Part shown: in pieces, positions 27,854-36,953 of the stretch
How positions within the stretch are numbered: the first letter of the stretch is position 1
Layout of the letters: each line of letters opens with the position of its first letter
Assembly (NCBI GenBank): GCA_023898665.1
Contig: CP060233.1
Span: 420,368-484,367, forward strand
Source of the DNA: Candidatus Nomurabacteria bacterium
GTDB lineage: Bacteria > Patescibacteriota > Saccharimonadia > Saccharimonadales > HK-STAS-PATE-42
Reading direction: 5' to 3'
DNA: 64,000 nucleotides
Notes under the pieces: model-generated
What the model was told of the DNA's origin: nothing
Seen by the model: only the letters and a program-made list of their open reading frames with translations
Databases searched by the model: none
Position numbers and translations under genes: made by a program

Positions 27854-27883
27854 TTGACTTATAGAACATATGTATAGTATAAT
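27854..27883 (+). promoter_or_regulatory. consensus sigma70-type promoter TTGACT-18-TATAAT, 7 nt before ATG 27891
   Basis: TTGACT is at 27854-27859 and TATAAT at 27878-27883, followed by CTTATTT and the ATG. This implies a leaderless transcript. Confidence 0.6.
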
Positions 27884-27890
27884 CTTATTT

Positions 27891-28142
27891 ATGACTGATG
27901 AGAGAAGATTTGAGGGAGAAAGAGCCAGTGGAGATGATGAAGAGGTAATTAAAAGCTCTTTTGATAGATTGGTTGAGCTTACATCTAAAGACCTTGTTAA
28001 GCCCAGTGTTGAGACACTTAATCACAAAGTAGAAGAACGACAGAAAGCTAAAGATGACCTTAGAAAAAGATTGTTAGTTACTGCTGCTATTTCTACTACT
28101 TTAATTACATATTCTCAATATAGATTTGGTCTGCCATTTTAA
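27891..28142 (+). CDS. small hypothetical protein with C-terminal TM helix
   Basis: The ORF track starts at 27870, but that codon lies inside the promoter spacer. ATG 27891 (MTDERRF...) fits leaderless initiation. Confidence 0.4.
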   Translation: MTDERRFEGERASGDDEEVIKSSFDRLVELTSKDLVKPSVETLNHKVEERQKAKDDLRKRLLVTAAISTTLITYSQYRFGLPF

Positions 28143-28173
28143 ATTGCAAGTAATAATAAAGCCGTGGCTTGTA

Positions 28174-28202
28174 TTGACAATTATTACTAACTATGATATG
28201 AT
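28174..28202 (+). promoter_or_regulatory. sigma70-type promoter TTGACA-17-TATGAT, 9 nt before ATG 28212
   Basis: TTGACA is at 28174-28179 and TATGAT at 28197-28202. Confidence 0.55.
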
Positions 28203-28211
28203 CTTTTATAT

Positions 28212-28721
28212 ATGAATGAGTTTTTTAAGAAAAAGGTTGCACCATTAGCCATATCAGTCTGTGCTACGTTAGGTATTAGCGCCTGCTCTCTCTCAACGGA
28301 GTCTGGAGAAGCGCACAGGACTACTGAGTTAGCAAATGAATTTACTAATAATGCATTTGAGAGAGTTACTGAAACAGATTTCAGTGGGTCATATTGTCGT
28401 GTTAGTGGAAATGATAATGTATTAGTGGTTATGAAGCCAGACTATGACGAAGAATTCTCTGAACTTCGTTCGTTAAAGGTTGAGCGTGATGAAGATTCAT
28501 CTAGTGTAATAATTGACGGTAAGGATTCAGATGGTAACTTAAGTTTTAGACATGTAGTAACTACTGAGTCGCGGACTAATTCTGCATTAATTATAAATGA
28601 TCCATTAGATACTTCAATAGGGACAAGAGGCGATTCTATCAATGTAAGAGGAGTAGCTTCTATCGATGAAATGCTTAGAGATACTGATGAAGTAGTTGAT
28701 GAGTTTTTAGCGAGTTGCTAG
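28212..28721 (+). CDS. lipoprotein (hypothetical, acidic)
   Basis: 169 aa with signal peptide and lipobox LGISA/CS. Confidence 0.5.
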   Translation: MNEFFKKKVAPLAISVCATLGISACSLSTESGEAHRTTELANEFTNNAFERVTETDFSGSYCRVSGNDNVLVVMKPDYDEEFSELRSLKVERDEDSSSVIIDGKDSDGNLSFRHVVTTESRTNSALIINDPLDTSIGTRGDSINVRGVASIDEMLRDTDEVVDEFLASC

Positions 28722-30778
28722 TTTAAGTATTCTAAATCTTGGTGTTTAGCAATGTTAGCTCTGAGCTCGGTACTCAGGGCTAACTTGTCTTTTACAATAC
28801 TGATGGCCGCTTCTCTTGCTTGGTTAATTAATTTTGTGTCGTTTATGTCAATTAACCTTAAGTCTAGGGCTCCTGATTGTAGCTTACCGTATACCTGGCC
28901 AGGACCCCGCATCTCGAGGTCGTATTGTGCTAACTTAAAGCCATCTGAATTATCTGTAAAATATCTAAGCCTAGCAGGTATGCCATCGTTTTTAGCTGGC
29001 ACTAAATAGCAATAACTTGGCAGATTTGACCTTCCTACTCTACCTCTAAGCTGATGTAGTTGAGCAAGACCAAAATATTCCGCTCCTTCAATAACTATTA
29101 AGGTGGCTCTTGGGATATCTATACCGACCTCTATTACAGTTGTAGAGACTAAAGTATTAATTTTACCCGATGCAAAATCTAACATTATTTGGTCTTTATC
29201 ATCTGACTTTAGTTTTCCGTGAAGAAGACCTAAACCATGTTTTTTTATCCAAGCTTTTCTTGAGAGTTCTTCATAAACTTTAGCTGTTGATACTCTTGCA
29301 GAGTTCTCAGTATCTGTAATGTTTGGGCAGACGAAGATTGCGGCATGGTTTAAACTTAGTTCTTCTTTTAGTTTGTCCCAAACTTTTTGTTTAGAGGCAC
29401 CCGGAATTAGTTCTGTTTGTATTTCTATTCTGCCTAGTGGTTTAGTTCTAATCATACTCTGCTCCAGTTCTCCATAAAGCATAAGAGCTAATGAACGGGG
29501 GATTGGTGTTGCCGTCATTGTCAGTAAATGAGGAAATTTGCCTTCCCCTACTCTTTTTTGGAGTTCTTTACGCTGGTTAACACCAAACCTATGTTGTTCA
29601 TCTACAATAACGAAGGAAAGATCCTTAAACTTAACCTTTTGTTGAATTAAAGCATGAGTTCCTACTATAAACTTGGTTGAGCCATCTTCAATTTTATTTA
29701 AAAGTTCGGTTTTTTGTTTTGGTTTAAGTGAGCCAACTAGTAGGTCAACTTTTTGGTTAAAGTTAGAAAGTAAAGTAGTAAAGCTTTTTGCGTGTTGAGT
29801 GGCAAGGACTTCTGTAGGTGCTAAAACTGTCACTTGTTTCCCTGCTTTAATTGCCTGCAGTGATGCTATTGCGGCTATGACGGTTTTTCCGGAGCCTACA
29901 TCACCCATTAGCATTCTATTCATTGGCTCGTCTTTTTCTAGATCCTTTAGAATTTGCCAGGCTGCAGCTCTTTGTTCATCTGTAAGTTTAAACTTAAGTG
30001 ACTTTACAAGTTCTTTTGTGTCTTCTAGATTGAACTTAATTTTTGGAGATGTAAGTTTTTGGATAAACTCTTTGTTTTTTTGAACAGCTAGTTGGAGAGT
30101 CAAAACCTCTTCAAAAGCTAATCGTTTTTTTGCAAGATTGAGAGACTCCATAGATTGTGGCATATGGAGTTGCCACAAAGCCTCATTTTTTGGGATTAAT
30201 TTATACTCATCTAATATCTCTTGCGGTAATACTTCTTTTATTTCTTTTGCTACTTGCTCAATCTGTATCAATAAACTTCTTATTAAGCTTGAGCTTAGAT
30301 TACTTTTTTCAGGGTAAACTGGGATTATTCTTGCTGTATTTGATTGGTTCTTGTCTGATTTTACTGGCTCTACAGAAGGATTAGTTAAGTTTAACCTACC
30401 CGAGCTAACTTTAAAATCTCCTGATATATAATACTTCTCATCAGTTTTAAAACTATTTAATCTATATGGCTGATTGAACCAAACTACAGGCATTCTATCA
30501 CCTTTATCATCTTCTACAACTGCTTCTGTGAGATGCATTGCACGACCTCTAGCCCAACGACCCTTGATATTTATTATTGATACTTTTAAGGTCACTAAAC
30601 CGGGTTTAATTTTTTTTATATAGCCTATATTTGAGTAATCTACGTAGCGTCTTGGCCAATAGTCCAGTAGGTCCGCAATAGTATTTAGGTCAACATCTTG
30701 TAGTTGTTTATATTTAGCTGGACCTACCCCATTTAGCTCATCCAATCTAGAGCTTATACTTAACTTTTTTTTACTCAT
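28718..30778 (-). CDS. recG: ATP-dependent DNA helicase RecG
   Basis: 686 aa. Wedge/OB N-terminal domain, helicase motifs GDVGSGKT, DEQHRFGV, MTATPIPR and QLRGRVGR. Confidence 0.9.
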   Translation of the reverse strand: MSKKKLSISSRLDELNGVGPAKYKQLQDVDLNTIADLLDYWPRRYVDYSNIGYIKKIKPGLVTLKVSIINIKGRWARGRAMHLTEAVVEDDKGDRMPVVWFNQPYRLNSFKTDEKYYISGDFKVSSGRLNLTNPSVEPVKSDKNQSNTARIIPVYPEKSNLSSSLIRSLLIQIEQVAKEIKEVLPQEILDEYKLIPKNEALWQLHMPQSMESLNLAKKRLAFEEVLTLQLAVQKNKEFIQKLTSPKIKFNLEDTKELVKSLKFKLTDEQRAAAWQILKDLEKDEPMNRMLMGDVGSGKTVIAAIASLQAIKAGKQVTVLAPTEVLATQHAKSFTTLLSNFNQKVDLLVGSLKPKQKTELLNKIEDGSTKFIVGTHALIQQKVKFKDLSFVIVDEQHRFGVNQRKELQKRVGEGKFPHLLTMTATPIPRSLALMLYGELEQSMIRTKPLGRIEIQTELIPGASKQKVWDKLKEELSLNHAAIFVCPNITDTENSARVSTAKVYEELSRKAWIKKHGLGLLHGKLKSDDKDQIMLDFASGKINTLVSTTVIEVGIDIPRATLIVIEGAEYFGLAQLHQLRGRVGRSNLPSYCYLVPAKNDGIPARLRYFTDNSDGFKLAQYDLEMRGPGQVYGKLQSGALDLRLIDINDTKLINQAREAAISIVKDKLALSTELRANIAKHQDLEYLN

Positions 30779-30785
30779 TAATTAA

Positions 30786-30794
30786 AGTATAACA
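30786..30794 (-). promoter_or_regulatory. extended -10 promoter TGTTATACT, 7 nt before the recG ATG (leaderless)
   Basis: Minus strand reads GCTGTTATACT-TTAATTA-ATG. Confidence 0.55.
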
Positions 30795-30806
30795 GCTTAA
30801 TAACAA

Positions 30807-30835
30807 TTGACTTTATTTATTTCATGTTATATAAT
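30807..30835 (+). promoter_or_regulatory. consensus promoter TTGACT-17-TATAAT, 7 nt before ATG 30843
   Basis: TTGACT is at 30807-30812 and TATAAT at 30830-30835, followed by CATATAA and the ATG. Confidence 0.6.
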
Positions 30836-30842
30836 CATATAA

Positions 30843-31406
30843 ATGAATGAAAAACTAAATAAAAAAAGAAGTAAAGCTCCAATTATTGCTGCTGTTATGG
30901 CCGTCCTAGCAACTGCTACATTTAGCGCCTCTCAGTATTTTGACTTTAATAAACAAAGTGAAGATATGAATGAGCAAGAGCTAGAAATAGCCAATACCCT
31001 CGAAAAGATTAATCAAGAGGCTTTAGGCACTGATGAGGAAGTAGTGGTTGATTGTGGAATATCTTGGATAGAGGATAAAGTGATTGGCTCGAATAGGGGT
31101 TGGACACTAAAGATTCCTGGAGTTGAATCTAATGTAATGCATCTAAGAAAAGAATTCTGTGATGATTTTGAGGGTAAAAGTCCTTATGTTATTGCGAGAT
31201 CTTTACTTGCATTTAACTATACAGTTTATGGGCTTAGAGAGAGTGATCCATGCAATATGAGGTTAGCTGATGAAATGCATCAAAGTACTGTGAAGACAGT
31301 TTATGGTGACGATGTCAAATCTGGAGAAGATTTTACTTTAATTTTAGCTGCTTATGTCACAGATGAAGATAGGTGTATGCAAGCTATAGATTCACTTACA
31401 GAGTAA
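30843..31406 (+). CDS. exported hypothetical protein
   Basis: 187-aa ORF with a signal-like N-terminus (APIIAAVMAVLATATFSAS) and several Cys residues. Confidence 0.45.
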   Translation: MNEKLNKKRSKAPIIAAVMAVLATATFSASQYFDFNKQSEDMNEQELEIANTLEKINQEALGTDEEVVVDCGISWIEDKVIGSNRGWTLKIPGVESNVMHLRKEFCDDFEGKSPYVIARSLLAFNYTVYGLRESDPCNMRLADEMHQSTVKTVYGDDVKSGEDFTLILAAYVTDEDRCMQAIDSLTE

Positions 31407-31414
31407 TTTTATTG

Positions 31415-31819
31415 ATGGAAATTGTCGTTATATCTGATTCAAATCTTAGCTCTAATGAGTTAGATGAGTATGCTAAGCGGATTAATAAACGTGTTAAGTT
31501 TAGTCTTTTACAATCTGATTATAAAAAAGTAGTTAAGAACACTGATTATCTAGTAGTCTTGGATCAATATGGTGAGAAGTTTGATAATTTAAGTTTTGCA
31601 AAAAAGTTTGAGCAGGTCATTAGCTCAGGCAACTTTAAAAGAGTAGTTTTTATAGTAGGTGATGCATATGGTTTAAATGATGAAATTAAAGAAAAAGCTA
31701 ACTTAATTTGGAGTTTTTCTGATCAAGTATTTCCTCATAGGTTATTTGGATTAATGCTTACTGAGCAGATATATAGAACTATAGAGATAATTAGTAACTC
31801 CCCATATCATCATCAATGA
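31415..31819 (+). CDS. rlmH: 23S rRNA (pseudouridine1915-N3)-methyltransferase RlmH
   Basis: SPOUT-family layout. The C-terminus LTEQIYRTIEIISNSPYHHQ parallels E. coli ...LYRAWSITTNHPYHRE. Start taken at MEIVVI. Confidence 0.8.
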   Translation: MEIVVISDSNLSSNELDEYAKRINKRVKFSLLQSDYKKVVKNTDYLVVLDQYGEKFDNLSFAKKFEQVISSGNFKRVVFIVGDAYGLNDEIKEKANLIWSFSDQVFPHRLFGLMLTEQIYRTIEIISNSPYHHQ

Positions 31820-31825
31820 ATTTAA

Positions 31826-31998
31826 GGCGCAGAAAAACCTCTAGAGGCTACTAGTGGCTAAAGAGTTCTCGCAAAGAGCATTTAAAACTGGTCACTATGT
31901 TTTTATAATTTTTAGTTTGGAGCGCGAACTTTAACTAATTGTAAAAACCCAGATTTAAATTTACTCTCTAGTTTAGTTTCTAGAGGTGGTTTTCCGCC
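31826..31998. other. 173-nt intergenic element closed by an imperfect ~20-nt terminal inverted repeat (candidate structured ncRNA or MITE-like relic)
   Basis: GGCGCAGAAAAACCTCTAGA (31826-31845) pairs with TCTAGAGGTGGTTTTCCGCC (31979-31998), giving 16 bp in three blocks. Further inner pairing (CTAAA/TTTAG, GAGT/ACTC) extends the rod. Confidence 0.3.
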
Positions 31999-32118
31999 AC
32001 ATAAAGCTCACTTTTTATTAAATTAAATAAGCTAAATAGGCTTACCGGATAATACTCCTTCTCTAAGAACTTATTAGTGATAAATTCTAAAAGTAAGATC
32101 CAATAAATACTATACTAA

Positions 32119-32553
32119 TTAATCTTCTAAGTCTGCAAGTTCTTGACGAGTATTTTTGACAAAATCAGACTCTTTTGTTGGTTCTTCCTCTGTTAAAGCC
32201 TGATCCTCTGACTGAGAGTTTTCCACTATTTTTGTTCTTCTGGAGGCATACTGACTATAATCTTGTTCTTGGACTTCTTCTCTTGTTGAGTTTGAGCCTC
32301 CATCTGTATCAGCAATTTTTAAGTTATAGTGAGCACTATTTTTAATCCCTAATGATCTTAAAAGTGTTCTTATACTTTCGGCAATGGCTCCTCGTTTGCC
32401 AATAACTCTGCCTAAGTCTGCTGGATTTACGTAAAGGGTTAATAATACTCCTCTCTCATCCACTACGCGCTCTACTTTAACGTCAGCCTCATTATCTACT
32501 AAGCTTTTTGCTATGTATTCTACAAATTGTTGGTCGATTGTAATTTCACTCAT
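32119..32553 (-). CDS. KH-domain RNA-binding protein (YlqC/UPF0109-like) with acidic C-terminal extension
   Basis: VGRVIGKRGAIAESIRTLL is a KH GXXG motif. The gene lies directly downstream of rpsP, as in many bacteria. There is an extra tail of about 60 aa. Confidence 0.75.
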   Translation of the reverse strand: MSEITIDQQFVEYIAKSLVDNEADVKVERVVDERGVLLTLYVNPADLGRVIGKRGAIAESIRTLLRSLGIKNSAHYNLKIADTDGGSNSTREEVQEQDYSQYASRRTKIVENSQSEDQALTEEEPTKESDFVKNTRQELADLED

Positions 32554-32617
32554 ATGGTCTCTTGCTGTCTTTTTGGGACTCTTTAAGGTTTACTCTAGAG
32601 TTTAGTTTAGCCTATTT

Positions 32618-33064
32618 TTAGGCTTCTGTGGAAGTCTCTTCTGTATCTTGATTAGATTCTGGAGCATCTTGAGCTGTTGCTTCACTTGATTCTTCACTCA
32701 CTTCAGGTGTTTCTTTTGACTCTGTAGGAGCTTCATCGGAAATCTCCTCTTTTTGTTGATTTTTTCTTAATTTTTCAACGTTACGAGTTTTACCTTCTTT
32801 TTTAGTTGCATCAGCAACCCATTTTGGTAGTTTAACTTTTTCTTTTTTTAACAACTGAGCAACTCTTTCTGATGGCTGAGCACCATTATCTACAAATTTT
32901 TGTGCTAGATCTTTATCTATCACTAATTCTTTTGTATGTGGATTATAGTTGCCTAATCGAGCTACTACTTTTTCTTTTGTTGGGTGAGTTCTTTTATCCT
33001 GAACTACTATTCTGTATTGAGCTAAGCCTTTACGGCCTCTTCTTTGCAGTCTAATTACTAACAT
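32618..33064 (-). CDS. rpsP: 30S ribosomal protein S16 with long C-terminal extension
   Basis: MLVIRLQRRGRKGLAQYRIVVQD matches the S16 N-terminus. The protein is 148 aa versus about 80-90 aa typical, and the tail is K/E-rich. Confidence 0.9.
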   Translation of the reverse strand: MLVIRLQRRGRKGLAQYRIVVQDKRTHPTKEKVVARLGNYNPHTKELVIDKDLAQKFVDNGAQPSERVAQLLKKEKVKLPKWVADATKKEGKTRNVEKLRKNQQKEEISDEAPTESKETPEVSEESSEATAQDAPESNQDTEETSTEA

Positions 33065-33213
33065 TAATTATTGATGTGCTTAAATTTACTTGTTTCTATA
33101 TCCCATGGCTTTTATGAGAAACCATTATTGCAGGATGAGGATTAATGTTGATTATACATTACACACCCCCTCCCCGTAAAGTGTGTTAAAATCTATCCAG
33201 AGGATGTAGAAGT

Positions 33214-33717
33214 ATGAGAGAAATAGATTATTTATCTTTAGGAGCTGTACTAGGTGGATCTTTTTATATTGGGAATAATAACGAAAAACATTCTATATAT
33301 GAATTAGTAGCTTCAATGTTCGGTGAGGAATATGAAAAAATATTTAATCTTACATATTCACCTGTAACATATAAAAGACCAGAGGGCGATAATAGTACAG
33401 TACCTAATGGGATCATTCTTTTAGGGGCTAAAGAACAATTAGAAAGTGGACTCGAAAAAATTGTGAGATTTGAGATAGGCTGGCATGCGAATGGAATGAT
33501 TGTTGAACAAGAGGGCGTCACCCAAAATGAGATCAATGTAGAGGATGGGTTAGGAAAAGGAATAAAAATAGAAAAAACCAAGATAGTTACTGAAATTGAA
33601 TTTCCACCCACAAACTCAGGTGCAGCAGAATATCTAGGTAAACTAGCCCAAGTATTTTTTGATACATACGCTCACTGGGTAAACGATGGTGATTCGTGGT
33701 CTCCTAGAAATAGCTAA
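33214..33717 (+). CDS. hypothetical protein
   Basis: 167-aa ORF with no family recognised. It is longer than the antisense ORF 33264..33611. Confidence 0.4.
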   Translation: MREIDYLSLGAVLGGSFYIGNNNEKHSIYELVASMFGEEYEKIFNLTYSPVTYKRPEGDNSTVPNGIILLGAKEQLESGLEKIVRFEIGWHANGMIVEQEGVTQNEINVEDGLGKGIKIEKTKIVTEIEFPPTNSGAAEYLGKLAQVFFDTYAHWVNDGDSWSPRNS

Positions 33718-33969
33718 ATTTTTGTATGAGTAGACCCAATTAGAAATTTAGTGAAAAATAGAATTATTATAAGATCCCATACTTGAGCTTTTTTAAGAAA
33801 CATTTGAGCCGGATTTTTTTAGACTTAGGCTTTACTGGATGTATTATTCCTCATGAAAATGACTATACTTGGATTAATGAGCTTCGTATCATGAGATAAC
33901 GGGATTCAAATAGTCTCATGTGTATAAAAAGATTGACACTAGGACGGTCTTTAGTCGCTACAGAGGTTT

Positions 33970-35108
33970 CTAATTATCTCTTGGTGTATTTGATATAAAA
34001 TCTTGAATTTGTTTGATAAATTCTTCTTTACTAAACTTCTGGGCTTGAGCTCTGACTCGTTCTGGTTTAAACTTAAATTCTCCTGCTTCAAATCGTTCTA
34101 ATGCGGCCACAAGAGCTTCCGCAGATTGTTCTTTAAAGAAGACCCCTGACTCTGATGAGATGTAATCTCTTGCTCCTCCTTTTTTTAGCGCAATAACTGG
34201 AGTTCCTGCAGCCATACATTCAATAGCAGATATTCCATAATCTTCTTCTTGCGGGAAGATCATGGCTTTAAATGTTCCTAACAGCTCATTTTTTTCTGTA
34301 TCATCAACGTCTGTTCTAAATTTAATTTTTTCATGTCCTGCGGCTAATTCTTGAAGTTTTGAATGCTCAGATCCGTTACCAATAAGGGTAAGCTCTAAAT
34401 TAAGCTTAATACAGGCTTTAATAGCTAAATCTGCACGTTTATATGCTACTTGAGCCCCAAATACAACGTAGCCTGCTCTATTTTTAGTTTCAGGATTTAA
34501 TTTAATCAAGTGTGTATCTGTTGGCGGATAAATGACAGTCGACTCTCTTTTGTAGTATTTTTCTATTCTTTGTTGGACTTTTTTTGATATAGCTATGAAT
34601 TCAGTAACTTTTTGTGCACCTAAATAATCAAACTTTTTCATTATCCATACAAATGGCGGAATTATTGGTTTGATTAGAATATTTAATTTTCCGAAGCCGG
34701 GGTCTTTTTTATAGTCTTTATAATGTGACCAGTAGTATCTAGTTGGGGTAAAACAGTAGCAAATGTGCCTTGTGTCTTCTCCTCCTCTGACCTGTTTGGC
34801 ATCCGAGCTGGTGTCAGAAATTATTATGTCATATTTTTTTTAAGTTCAGTGATCTAAATGCAAAAACTCTAATCACTGGGAATAGTTGATGAAAGTTCCT
34901 AAGCTTTTTTGGTAATTTTTGGAGCCAAGTAGTTTTAATCTGTTTTTTGTATTTATCAAATTCTGGGAGTTTATCTTGTTCAAACACAGACGTATAGATA
35001 TCTGCTTGAGGAAAAGCCTCTTTCAGCAAGGAGAACTCTTTCACCTCCTCTCATGTTGGTTAGCCAGTCATGAACTAGAGCAATTTTAGGTTCTTTTTTT
35101 GTTTGCAT
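33970..35108 (-). pseudogene. GT4-family glycosyltransferase, disrupted by two +1 frameshifts
   Basis: From ATG 35108 the reading MQTKKEPKIALVHDWLTNMRGGERVL shifts frame near 35025-35035 into ...LLKEAFPQADIYTSVF... It shifts again in a T8 run (34834-34841) into ...YDIIISDTSS...MKKFDYLGAQ and the C-terminal GT1-fold domain (ORF 33970..34641). Confidence 0.65.
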
Positions 35109-35350
35109 ATAGTTTAAGTTTAGCAAACTATTTATTGTCCATGAGCTATAGCAGAATCAAGACTTTCTCTTAGGTATTTTTTATAGTATGTCTAGCAGGT
35201 GATTCATTTTCGTCATGTTTAACCCAGACCCAGTCACCATTTTCAGCTTTTATCCTTATATCAGTTTTAGTAACTCCAGAGTGACATATTAGAAGTTCTG
35301 AGTGTGAAGTTGTTGTTGCTAAGCCTATAAAAGTTAATAATTATCCCGTA

Positions 35351-36859
35351 TTACTCGCCAGATCTTTTTAAAACTACGCCAATTGTTTTAAATAGAATTT
35401 TTATGTCTAGCCAAATACTCCAGTTCTGAATGTAGTAAACGTCAAGTTTTACTCTATCCTCATAACTTAAGTTGCTGCGTCCTGATACTTGCCACAAACC
35501 TGTAATGCCAGGCTTTACGCTCAAGAACTTATCTCGAGAGGTTTTGTATCTAGTTAGCTCCTCCTTAGTTATGGCGCGTGGACCTATTAAGCTTAATTTG
35601 CCTTGCAGGACATTTATGAGTTGTGGGAGCTCATCCAAACTAGTTCTTCTAAGGAACTTACCGAGCGGAGTTATCCTTGGGTCATCTTTAAGTTTTTGGG
35701 TTGTTTCCCATTCGTGGAGTAAGTCTTCTCTGCCCATCTCTTTAAATACCTGTTCATTTGTCTTTTTACCTCCCGTACAGTACTTCCAATACATACTCCT
35801 AAATTTGTAGATATAGAAAGATTTACCAAAACGAGTTACTCTAGCATGTTTATAAAATACTGGACCTCTAAAATCGCTAAGCTTAACTAATAGTGCTAAG
35901 AAAAGCACTGGGAGGAACGTAATTATGAGGAGGGCTAGGCTTAAGAACATATCAAATAAGCGCTTTAAAACTGTGTTCCAGCCAACAAGTGGGGTTATAT
36001 GGACATCAAGGCTTGGCACTCCAAAGAAGAGGTCTGTAGTAGTCTTGACTCCGTATAAAGATGAGTTTGAAGGAATCAGTTTATAGCGAGCATGGGCGGA
36101 TTCTACTGCTGATGTTAGTAGGTAATTTTTTTCATCATCTAGGACTTCGGTTTGTACAATTAAATCTACGTGGCGACCAGATATTCTACCTAATGCATTA
36201 TTAAAGTTTTTTATTAAATATTTTTTGTCTGGCGTAAATTCTCTTATTTGGCCGTGTCTTAATTCAGGCATCCAAATTCCTTCAAGCCTATACTCATTGT
36301 TTTTTTTGCTGGTTAAATTTTCATAAATTTTTGGAGCGATGTCACCATTACCTATTATTAAGACCCTAGTTAAGCCTTTACCTGATTTTGCAGCAATAAA
36401 CTTGATAAATCTTAATATTAATCTTCCTAGCCACAACAAACTTAAGCTTAAGCCAAAGGCATATACCGGAACTAGGCGAGCTGGGAATATTGGGCGATCA
36501 AGGGCGAAATCTAGTGTTATTAAAGCCATTATACCTATTGCGGACGTAAGGATTAAGCCTGCAAATTCTTTAAGGAGTTTGTGGTAAAAACTTCTTTTAT
36601 AAAGGCCTATGAGCGCCATTAGACCTAACCAAAAAGGTAATATTGAAACGTAAATTAATGCATAGCTTTTTGCTGAAATTGGTGTAACTATTGGCCTTGG
36701 ATCGATTTGTACCCTTAAGATATACGCCACTGTAAAAGCAGCTAGAATTGCTAGAGCATCACTCAAGATTAAACTTAGGTTATATAAAAGTTGGAATTTT
36801 TGGCGCATATGCCTATTTACTGCACTTTGCTCCCGGATCAAGTCCGGAAATGCGAACAC
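35351..36859 (-). CDS. polyprenyl-phosphate sugar phosphotransferase (WbaP/bacterial sugar transferase family)
   Basis: 502 aa. Multi-TM N-terminus, Rossmann-like linker, and C-terminal KFRSM...DELPQLINVLQGKLSLIGPR...PGITGLWQVSGR. Confidence 0.85.
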   Translation of the reverse strand: MFAFPDLIREQSAVNRHMRQKFQLLYNLSLILSDALAILAAFTVAYILRVQIDPRPIVTPISAKSYALIYVSILPFWLGLMALIGLYKRSFYHKLLKEFAGLILTSAIGIMALITLDFALDRPIFPARLVPVYAFGLSLSLLWLGRLILRFIKFIAAKSGKGLTRVLIIGNGDIAPKIYENLTSKKNNEYRLEGIWMPELRHGQIREFTPDKKYLIKNFNNALGRISGRHVDLIVQTEVLDDEKNYLLTSAVESAHARYKLIPSNSSLYGVKTTTDLFFGVPSLDVHITPLVGWNTVLKRLFDMFLSLALLIITFLPVLFLALLVKLSDFRGPVFYKHARVTRFGKSFYIYKFRSMYWKYCTGGKKTNEQVFKEMGREDLLHEWETTQKLKDDPRITPLGKFLRRTSLDELPQLINVLQGKLSLIGPRAITKEELTRYKTSRDKFLSVKPGITGLWQVSGRSNLSYEDRVKLDVYYIQNWSIWLDIKILFKTIGVVLKRSGE

Positions 36860-36953
36860 TTCATGTTCTTGATTGTACCATTTTTAAACCGCTTATGATA
36901 TTGCTTTTTGACTACATTAGTGTTATATTAAGCTTAGATTAAAGAAGAAATAT

